Shown here: piece after piece, positions 26,083-32,958 of the stretch
How the letters are laid out: the number at the start of each line of letters is the position of its first letter
How positions within the stretch are numbered: the stretch's first letter is position 1
Virus record (IMG/VR): IMGVR_UViG_646862326_000003
Location: 1 to 32,958 of that record
DNA: 32,958 nt
Origin: a virus
Taxonomy: Duplodnaviria > Heunggongvirae > Uroviricota > Caudoviricetes
Direction: 5' to 3' (one strand)
Made by a program: the position numbers and the translations under genes
Notes under the pieces: model-generated
Told to the model about the DNA's origin: nothing
Databases searched by the model: none
The model's input: only the letters and a program-made list of their open reading frames with translations

Positions 26083-26190
26083 ATGAAAACATCACCGTGG
26101 AATAAAGACCGTACCATCGGTCAAAAAAGGCCACTTCAGATATCTCATATCTGGGGGATCCGGATTAGACTTGAGTTGGAAGGTAAATAA
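26083..26190 (+). CDS. Small basic ORF (35 aa) with hairpin-sequestered Shine-Dalgarno; may be a gene remnant
   Basis: ATG 26083 with GGAGA 7 nt upstream. The Shine-Dalgarno is the 3' arm of a perfect 10-bp inverted repeat (26052-26061 / 26071-26080). The track's 69-aa version starts at a TTG. Confidence 0.3.
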   Translation: MKTSPWNKDRTIGQKRPLQISHIWGIRIRLELEGK

Positions 26191-26222
26191 ATTGTCAGTC
26201 GGAAAATAAGTGAGTACAAATC

Positions 26223-26250
26223 AGGGCAGGTGAGCGAATTGCCCGCCTTT
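26223..26250 (+). terminator. Possible weak intrinsic terminator after the Z/fun-locus genes
   Basis: Short stem GGGCA (26223-26227) / TGCCC (26239-26243) followed by a T-rich tract (26247-26255). Weak. Confidence 0.3.
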
Positions 26251-26261
26251 TCTTTACCGGT

Positions 26262-26285
26262 GGTTGTGCTGTCGATTAGCCAACC
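26262..26285 (+). promoter_or_regulatory. Candidate Ogr-dependent late promoter element upstream of FI (dyad GGTTG-N14-CAACC)
   Basis: Partial dyad about 70-95 bp upstream of the FI ATG, the spacing expected for a P2 late-promoter activator site. Not verified. Confidence 0.35.
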
Positions 26286-26355
26286 GGGACAAATAGCCTG
26301 ACATCTCCGGCACAACTGAAAATACCACTCACCCATTAACCACGGAGTTAAACGG

Positions 26356-27546
26356 ATGAGCGACTATCATCATGGCGTGCAGGTGCTGGAGATTAACGAC
26401 GGCACCCGCGTCATTTCCACCGTATCCACCGCCATTGTCGGCATGGTCTGCACGGCCAGCGATGCGGATGCGGAAATCTTCCCCCTCAATAAACCGGTGC
26501 TGATCACCAATGTGCAGAGCGCAATTGCAAAGGCCGGTAAAAAAGGCACGCTGGCGGCATCGTTGCAGGCCATCGCTGACCAGTCAAAACCGGTCACCGT
26601 TGTCGTGCGCGTGGAAGACGGAACCGGCGACGACGAAGAAACGAAACTCGCGCAGACCGTTTCCAATATTATCGGCACCACTGACGAAAACGGTCAGTAC
26701 ACCGGACTGAAAGCCCTGCTGGCGGCGGAGTCGGTAACCGGTGTTAAACCGCGCATTCTCGGTGTGCCGGGACTGGACACCAAAGAGGTGGCTGTTGCAC
26801 TGGCATCAGTCTGTCAGAAGCTGCGCGCTTTCGGGTATATCAGCGCATGGGGCTGTAAAACCATTTCCGAGGTGAAAGCCTACCGTCAGAATTTCAGCCA
26901 GCGTGAGCTGATGGTCATCTGGCCGGATTTCCTCGCATGGGATACGGTCACCAGTACCACCGCCACCGCGTATGCTACCGCCCGTGCACTGGGCTTGCGC
27001 GCTAAAATCGACCAGGAGCAGGGCTGGCATAAAACACTGTCCAACGTCGGGGTGAACGGTGTTACCGGCATCAGCGCATCTGTATTCTGGGATTTGCAGG
27101 AGTCCGGCACTGATGCTGACCTGCTTAACGAGTCAGGCGTCACAACGCTGATTCGCCGTGATGGTTTCCGCTTCTGGGGTAACCGTACCTGCTCTGATGA
27201 CCCGCTGTTCCTCTTTGAAAACTACACCCGCACCGCGCAGGTGCTGGCCGACACGATGGCTGAGGCGCACATGTGGGCGGTGGACAAGCCCATCACCGCA
27301 ACGCTGATTCGCGACATCGTTGACGGCATCAATGCCAAATTCCGTGAGCTGAAAACAAACGGCTATATCGTGGATGCGACCTGCTGGTTCAGCGAAGAAT
27401 CCAACGATGCGGAAACCCTCAAGGCCGGAAAACTGTATATCGACTACGACTATACACCGGTGCCTCCTCTCGAAAACCTGACCCTGCGCCAGCGTATTAC
27501 CGATAAATACCTGGCAAATCTGGTCACCTCGGTTAACAGCAATTAA
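26356..27546 (+). CDS. FI: Contractile tail sheath protein gpFI (396 aa)
   Basis: MSDYHHGVQVLEINDGTRVISTVSTAIVGMVCTASDADAE matches P2 FI as recalled; size 396 aa. Confidence 0.92.
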   Translation: MSDYHHGVQVLEINDGTRVISTVSTAIVGMVCTASDADAEIFPLNKPVLITNVQSAIAKAGKKGTLAASLQAIADQSKPVTVVVRVEDGTGDDEETKLAQTVSNIIGTTDENGQYTGLKALLAAESVTGVKPRILGVPGLDTKEVAVALASVCQKLRAFGYISAWGCKTISEVKAYRQNFSQRELMVIWPDFLAWDTVTSTTATAYATARALGLRAKIDQEQGWHKTLSNVGVNGVTGISASVFWDLQESGTDADLLNESGVTTLIRRDGFRFWGNRTCSDDPLFLFENYTRTAQVLADTMAEAHMWAVDKPITATLIRDIVDGINAKFRELKTNGYIVDATCWFSEESNDAETLKAGKLYIDYDYTPVPPLENLTLRQRITDKYLANLVTSVNSN

Positions 27547-27558
27547 GGAGCCTGACCG

Positions 27559-28077
27559 ATGGCAATGCCGCGCAAACTCAAGTTAATGAACGTCTTTCTG
27601 AACGGCTACAGCTATCAGGGCGTTGCAAAGTCCGTCACGCTGCCAAAACTGACCCGTAAGCTCGAAAACTATCGCGGTGCGGGGATGAACGGCAGCGCAC
27701 CGGTAGACCTCGGCCTTGATGACGATGCGCTGTCAATGGAGTGGTCTCTCGGGGGCTTCCCGGATTCGGTTATCTGGGAGCTTTACGCCGCAACCGGTGT
27801 GGATGCCGTGCCGATTCGTTTTGCCGGTTCTTACCAGCGCGACGATACCGGCGAAACGGTGGCCGTCGAGGTGGTCATGCGTGGACGTCAGAAAGAAATC
27901 GACACCGGCGAGGGGAAACAGGGAGAAGACACCGAGTCGAAAATCTCCGTGGTCTGTACCTATTTCCGGCTGACGATGGACGGTAAGGAGTTGGTCGAAA
28001 TTGACACCATCAACATGATTGAGAAGGTGAACGGCGTCGACCGGCTGGAGCAACACCGCCGCAATATCGGCCTGTGA
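27559..28077 (+). CDS. FII: Tail tube protein gpFII (172 aa)
   Basis: Size and position match P2 FII; follows the sheath gene. Confidence 0.92.
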   Translation: MAMPRKLKLMNVFLNGYSYQGVAKSVTLPKLTRKLENYRGAGMNGSAPVDLGLDDDALSMEWSLGGFPDSVIWELYAATGVDAVPIRFAGSYQRDDTGETVAVEVVMRGRQKEIDTGEGKQGEDTESKISVVCTYFRLTMDGKELVEIDTINMIEKVNGVDRLEQHRRNIGL

Positions 28078-28133
28078 TTTTCATCCGGTCAGCCGGGCTG
28101 ACCGGTTAACCCCGATTCATAAGTGAGAAAACC

Positions 28134-28409
28134 ATGAACAAAGAAAATGTGATTACCCTGGACAATCCGGTCAAGCGTGGTGAGCAGGTTATCGAACAGG
28201 TCACGCTGATGAAACCCAATGCCGGGACGCTGCGCGGTGTCAGTCTGGCTGCGGTCGCAAATTCCGAAGTCGATGCACTGATTAAAGTGCTGCCGCGCAT
28301 GACGGCACCGATGCTGACCGAGCAGGAGGTCGCCGCGCTGGAACTGCCTGACCTTGTGGCGCTGGCCGGTAAGGTGGTCGGTTTTTTGTCGCCGAACTCG
28401 GTGCAGTAA
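28134..28409 (+). CDS. E: Tail assembly chaperone gpE (91 aa)
   Basis: Size and position match P2 E; slippery heptamer near its 3' end. Confidence 0.85.
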   Translation: MNKENVITLDNPVKRGEQVIEQVTLMKPNAGTLRGVSLAAVANSEVDALIKVLPRMTAPMLTEQEVAALELPDLVALAGKVVGFLSPNSVQ

Positions 28410-28561
28410 CGTTTCCGAAAAATCTCTCGGTCGATGACCTGATGGCGGATGTGGCAGTGATATTTCACTGGCCGCCATCAGAACTGTATCCCATGAGCCT
28501 GACCGAACTCATCACATGGCGCGAAAAGGCGCTCCGGCGAAGCGGAAACACGAATGAGTAA
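28134..28561 (+). CDS. E': gpE+E' fusion produced by programmed -1 ribosomal frameshift at T_TTT_TTG (28382-28388)
   Basis: Shifting to the -1 frame after the heptamer gives an open frame (VAELGAVTFPKNLSVDDLMADVAVIFHWPP...) to TAA at 28559-28561, overlapping the T start, as for P2 E/E' and lambda G/GT. Confidence 0.7.
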
Positions 28562-31001
28562 CAATGTAAAATTACAGGTATTGCTCAGGGCTGTTGACCA
28601 GGCATCCCGCCCGTTTAAATCCATCCGCACAGCGAGCAAATCGCTGTCGGGGGATATCCGGGACACACAAAAATCACTGCGCGAGCTGAACGGTCACGCA
28701 TCCCGTATTGAGGGATTTCGCAAGACCAGTGCACAGCTCGCCGTGACTGGTCAGGAACTGAAAAAAGCCAGACAGGAAGCCGCAGCTCTGGCTGTCCAGT
28801 TTAAAAATACTGAACGACCGACAAATGCACAGGCAAAGGCAATGGAAGCCGCGCGTAAAAATGCGTCTGAGTTACAGGCGAAATATAACAGCCTGAGATT
28901 GTCGGTACAGCGCCAGCGTCAGGAATTGAGTCAGGCGGGTATTAATACCCGTAATCTGGCGCATGATGAACGAGGGCTGAAAAACCGTATCAGTGAAACC
29001 ACCGCACAGCTTAACCGTCAGCGTGACGCGCTGGCACGTGTCAGTGCACAACAGGCAAAACTTAACGCAGTCAAACAGCGTTATCAGGCCGGAAAGGAAC
29101 TGGCCGGAAATATGGCCTCGGTGGGCGCTGCCGGTGTGGGGATTGCGGCGGCGGGAACGATGGCCGGAGTTAAGTTGCTGATGCCCGGTTATGAGTTTGC
29201 GCAGAAAAACTCAGAATTGCAGGCCGTGCTCGGAGTGGCAAAAGACTCCGCCGAAATGGCCGCGCTCCGCAAGCAGGCGCGCCAGCTCGGCGATAATACC
29301 GCCGCCTCGGCGGATGATGCGGCCGGTGCGCAGATTATCATTGCGAAAGCGGGTGGAGATGCTGCGGCTATTCAGGCGGCAACGCCGGTCACGCTGAATA
29401 TGGCACTGGCGAATCAGCGGTCGATGGAAGAAAACGCGCAACTGTTACTGGGGACTAAGGCATCCTTTCAACTGTCAAATGATGATGTCAGCCATGTGGG
29501 CGACGTGTTGTCGGCAACGATGAATAAGTCGGCGGCTGATTTTCAGGGACTCAGTGATGCACTGACTTACCTCGGGCCGGTTGCGAGGACGGCAGGTGTA
29601 AGTCTTGAGCAGGCAGCGGCCATGACAGGTGTGCTGCATGACAATAACATCAGGGGGTCAATGGCGGGTACGGGTAGCAGTGCCGTTGTCACCCGATTAC
29701 AGGCACCGACTGGAAAAGCATGGGATGCACTCAAAGAGCTTGGCGTTAAAACCTCGGACAAAAAGGGAAATATGCGTCCGTTGTTCACCATTCTGAAAGA
29801 GATTCAGGCCAGCTTTGATAAACACAAGCTGGGAACGTCTCAGAAGGGGGAATACCTTAAAACCATTTTTGGTGAGGAAGCCCTGAAATCAGCGAACGTT
29901 TTACTGGCAGCGGCAGCAAGCGGAAAACTGGATACGCTGACCGCCACGCTGAAAGCCTCGGACGGTAAAACGGAAGAGCTGGTTAAAATCATGCAGGATA
30001 ACCTCGGCGGTGACTTTAAGGAGTTTCAGTCCGCTTATGAGGCGGTGGGGACTGACCTGTTTGACCAGCAAGAAGGCACACTGCGTAAGCTCACGCAGAC
30101 GGCCACAAAGTATGTGTTAAAACTCGACGGCTGGATACAGAAAAACAAATCACTGGCGTCAACCATTGGCCTCATTGCCGGTGGCGCACTGGCGCTGACT
30201 GGTGTCATCGGTGCCATTGGCCTTGTAGCCTGGCCGGTTATCACCGGCATCAATGCCATTATCGCGGCAGCAGGCGCAATGGGGGCAATCTTCACGACGG
30301 TTGGTAGTGCCGTTATGACGGCCATCGGTGTGATTAGCTGGCCGGTTGTGGCCGTGGTGGCTGCCATTGTCGCCGGGGCGTTGCTTATCCGTAAATACTG
30401 GGAGCCTGTCAGCGCATTCTTTGGCGGTGTGGTTGAAGGGCTGAAAGCGGCATTTGCGCCGGTGGGGGAGCTGTTCACGCCACTTAAGCCGGTGTTTGAC
30501 TGGCTGGGCGAAAAGTTACAGGCCGCGTGGCAGTGGTTTAAAAACCTGATTGCACCGGTCAAAGCCACCCAGGACACCCTGAACCGTTGCCGTGACACGG
30601 GCGTCATGTTCGGGCAGGCACTGGCTGACGCGCTGATGCTGCCGCTTAATGCGTTCAACAAATTACGCAGCGGCATTGACTGGGTACTGGAAAAGCTCGG
30701 GGTCATCAACAAAGAGTCAGACACACTTGACCAGACCGCCGCCAGAACTCATGCCGCCACGTATGGCACCGGTGGTTATATTCCGGCGACCAGCTCTTAT
30801 GCAGGCTATCAGGCTTATCAGCCGGTCACGGCACCGGCTGGCCGCTCTTATGTGGACCAGAGTAAAAACGAATATCACATCAGCCTGACGGGTGGTACTG
30901 CACCGGGGACACAGCTTGACCGCCAGTTACAGGATGCGCTCGAAAAATACGAGCGGGATAAACGTGCGCGCGCCCGTGCCAGCATGATGCATGACGGTTA
31001 A
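28554..31001 (+). CDS. T: Tail tape measure protein gpT (815 aa)
   Basis: Long Ala/Gly-rich coiled-coil protein with hydrophobic glycine-zipper segments, downstream of E/E'; size matches P2 T. Confidence 0.9.
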   Translation: MSNNVKLQVLLRAVDQASRPFKSIRTASKSLSGDIRDTQKSLRELNGHASRIEGFRKTSAQLAVTGQELKKARQEAAALAVQFKNTERPTNAQAKAMEAARKNASELQAKYNSLRLSVQRQRQELSQAGINTRNLAHDERGLKNRISETTAQLNRQRDALARVSAQQAKLNAVKQRYQAGKELAGNMASVGAAGVGIAAAGTMAGVKLLMPGYEFAQKNSELQAVLGVAKDSAEMAALRKQARQLGDNTAASADDAAGAQIIIAKAGGDAAAIQAATPVTLNMALANQRSMEENAQLLLGTKASFQLSNDDVSHVGDVLSATMNKSAADFQGLSDALTYLGPVARTAGVSLEQAAAMTGVLHDNNIRGSMAGTGSSAVVTRLQAPTGKAWDALKELGVKTSDKKGNMRPLFTILKEIQASFDKHKLGTSQKGEYLKTIFGEEALKSANVLLAAAASGKLDTLTATLKASDGKTEELVKIMQDNLGGDFKEFQSAYEAVGTDLFDQQEGTLRKLTQTATKYVLKLDGWIQKNKSLASTIGLIAGGALALTGVIGAIGLVAWPVITGINAIIAAAGAMGAIFTTVGSAVMTAIGVISWPVVAVVAAIVAGALLIRKYWEPVSAFFGGVVEGLKAAFAPVGELFTPLKPVFDWLGEKLQAAWQWFKNLIAPVKATQDTLNRCRDTGVMFGQALADALMLPLNAFNKLRSGIDWVLEKLGVINKESDTLDQTAARTHAATYGTGGYIPATSSYAGYQAYQPVTAPAGRSYVDQSKNEYHISLTGGTAPGTQLDRQLQDALEKYERDKRARARASMMHDG

Positions 31002-31015
31002 GGAGGTGACGAAAA

Positions 31016-31495
31016 ATGATGCTCGCGTTAGGTATGTTTGTTTTTATGCGCCAGACGCTGCCACACCAGACCATGCAGCGTGAATCAGATTATCGCTGGC
31101 CGTCAAATTCCCGTATCGGTAAACGGGATGCCTACCAGTTTCTCGGCGTTGGTGAGGAAAACATGACGCTTGCCGGTGTGCTTTATCCCGAACTGACCGG
31201 CGGCAAGCTGACGATGACCACGCTCAGACTGATGGCAGAGGAAGGCCGGGCGTGGCCGTTGCTGGATGGTACCGGCATGATTTACGGCATGTATGTCATC
31301 AGCAGGGTGAGTGAAACAGGGAGTATTTTCTTTGCAGACGGCACACCCCGGAAAATTGATTTTACGCTGTCGCTCACCCGCGTTGATGAATCACTGGCCG
31401 CGCTTTATGGCGATATCAGTAAACAGGCGGAGTCGCTCATCGGTAAGGCTGGCAGTATGGCGACCAGATTCACAGGTATGACGGGGGCGGGATAA
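31016..31495 (+). CDS. U: Tail protein gpU (159 aa)
   Basis: Size and position match P2 U. Confidence 0.88.
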   Translation: MMLALGMFVFMRQTLPHQTMQRESDYRWPSNSRIGKRDAYQFLGVGEENMTLAGVLYPELTGGKLTMTTLRLMAEEGRAWPLLDGTGMIYGMYVISRVSETGSIFFADGTPRKIDFTLSLTRVDESLAALYGDISKQAESLIGKAGSMATRFTGMTGAG

Positions 31496-32658
31496 TGCTG
31501 GATACGCTGACATTTGATGCAGGCAGTACGCTGACGCCGGATTACATGCTGATGCTCGACAGCAGGGATATTACCGGCAATATCAGCGACCGTCTGATGA
31601 GTATGACCCTGACGGATAACCGGGGCTTTGAGGCTGACCAGCTTGATATTGAACTGAACGATGCCGACGGGCAGGTCGGGCTGCCGGTTCGTGGCGCTGT
31701 CCTGACGGTGTATATCGGCTGGAAAGGTTTTGCCCTGGTATGCAAAGGGAAATTTACCGTTGATGAGGTTGAACACCGGGGCGCACCGGATGTGGTCACC
31801 ATCCGCGCACGGAGTGCAGATTTTCGCGGGACGCTCAATTCCCGCCGTGAAGGCTCCTGGCATGACACCACGCTCGGTGCAATTGTTGAGGCGATAGCCA
31901 CCCGTAACAGGCTGGAAGCCAGTGTCGCTCCGTCACTGGCCGGAATTAAAATTCCGCACATCGACCAGTCGCAGGAGTCTGATGCGAAATTCCTGACCCG
32001 TCTTGCAGAACGCAACGGCGGTGAGGTCTCGGTAAAAATGGGAAAACTGTTGTTTCTCAAAGCGGGGCAGGGGGTGACGGCCAGCGGTAAAAAAATCCCG
32101 CAGGTCACCATAACCCGCAGCGACGGCGACCGCCACCATTTTGCGATTGCTGACCGTGGAGCCTATACCGGCGTAACGGCAAAGTGGCTTCACACCAAAG
32201 ACCCGAAGCCGCAAAAGCAGAAGGTAAAACTGAAACGCAAAAAGAAAGAAAAACACCTGCGCGCACTGGAGCACCCGAAAGCGAAACCAGTCACGCAGAA
32301 GAAAGCGCCAAAAGCGCCGGAAGCGCGCGAAGGTGAATACATGGCCGGTGAGGCTGACAATGTTTTTGCCCTGACCACGGTATATGCCACGAAAGCGCAG
32401 GCCATGCGCGCCGCTCAGGCGAAGTGGGATAAACTGCAACGGGGCGTTGCGGAGTTCTCCATCAGCCTGGCTACCGGTCGGGCAGATATTTACACGGAAA
32501 CACCGGTTAAGGTGTCAGGCTTTAAGCGCGTCATAGACGAGCAGGACTGGACAATCACTAAGGTGACACATTTTCTGAATAATAGCGGCTTCACGACGTC
32601 CTTAGAGCTTGAGGTCAGGCTTTCTGATGTGGAGTACGAAACAGAAGATGATGAGTGA
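31495..32658 (+). CDS. D: Tail/late gene D protein gpD (387 aa)
   Basis: ATG overlaps the U stop (TAATG); size and position match P2 D. Confidence 0.9.
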   Translation: MLDTLTFDAGSTLTPDYMLMLDSRDITGNISDRLMSMTLTDNRGFEADQLDIELNDADGQVGLPVRGAVLTVYIGWKGFALVCKGKFTVDEVEHRGAPDVVTIRARSADFRGTLNSRREGSWHDTTLGAIVEAIATRNRLEASVAPSLAGIKIPHIDQSQESDAKFLTRLAERNGGEVSVKMGKLLFLKAGQGVTASGKKIPQVTITRSDGDRHHFAIADRGAYTGVTAKWLHTKDPKPQKQKVKLKRKKKEKHLRALEHPKAKPVTQKKAPKAPEAREGEYMAGEADNVFALTTVYATKAQAMRAAQAKWDKLQRGVAEFSISLATGRADIYTETPVKVSGFKRVIDEQDWTITKVTHFLNNSGFTTSLELEVRLSDVEYETEDDE

Positions 32659-32739
32659 CGTTTTTATTTTATCTATTTGTTTTATAAGGATAAATTAACT
32701 AAAATGGCACCATCAACAAAACCGGAAGAGGTGCTCGCG

Positions 32740-32958
32740 ATGTTTCATTGTCCTTTATGCCAGCATGCCGCACATGCGCGTACAAGCCGCTATATCACTG
32801 ACACGACAAAAGAGCGTTATCACCAGTGTCAGAACGTGAATTGCAGCGCCACGTTCATCACTTATGAGTCGGTACAGCGATACATTGTGAAGCCGGGAGA
32901 AGTCCATGCCGTGAGGCCGCACCCGTTGCCGTCAGGGCAGCAAATTATGTGGATGTAA
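32740..32958 (+). CDS. ogr: Late-gene transcriptional activator Ogr, zinc-finger (72 aa)
   Basis: MFHCPLCQHAAHARTSRYITDTTKERYHQCQNVNCSATF with CxxC-N22-CxxC matches P2 Ogr as recalled. Start set at the first ATG with GAAGAGG upstream; the track start 32677 is upstream in-frame. Confidence 0.9.
   Translation: MFHCPLCQHAAHARTSRYITDTTKERYHQCQNVNCSATFITYESVQRYIVKPGEVHAVRPHPLPSGQQIMWM

Noticed and set aside
25981-26190. 69-aa ORF from the track starting at 25981
   Set aside because: That start is TTG with no Shine-Dalgarno and lies within a candidate promoter-like sequence. Only the 35-codon ATG-initiated version (26083-26190) with GGAGA upstream is kept, at low confidence.
1-32958. CRISPR array, tRNA or rRNA genes, attL/attR core repeats
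   Set aside because: No regularly spaced short direct repeats and no tRNA-like cloverleaf signatures were found. The window begins at the int stop and ends at the ogr stop, so attachment sites and any tRNA integration target lie outside it.

Overview
The window is a near-complete P2-family (Peduovirus-like) prophage of an enterobacterial host, running from the integrase stop codon (position 1) to the ogr stop codon (32958). Order: int(-), C-type repressor(-), cox-like(+), early ORFs, replication gene A, cos, portal Q(-) and terminase P(-), then O-N-M-L-X, lysis cassette Y-K-lysA-lysB/lysC, R-S, V-W-J-I-H-G, FI-FII-E/E'-T-U-D and ogr. No att sites, tRNA, rRNA or CRISPR array lie inside the window. 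Gene identities rest on reading the translated ORFs, P2 gene order and protein sizes recalled from memory; no database search was run. A complete 768-bp IS1 with a 9-bp target duplication splits a small early-region ORF. The most interesting content is three visibly AT-rich loci at the two classical P2 cargo hotspots: two membrane-anchored proteins of unknown function between the replication genes and cos (old/tin position), and a 280-aa protein with its own promoter between G and FI (Z/fun position), flanked by unusually structured intergenic DNA. These are candidate anti-phage or lysogenic-conversion genes that I cannot assign to any family from sequence alone. The ORF track uses TTG/GTG starts in places, so several starts were moved to the first ATG with a Shine-Dalgarno.
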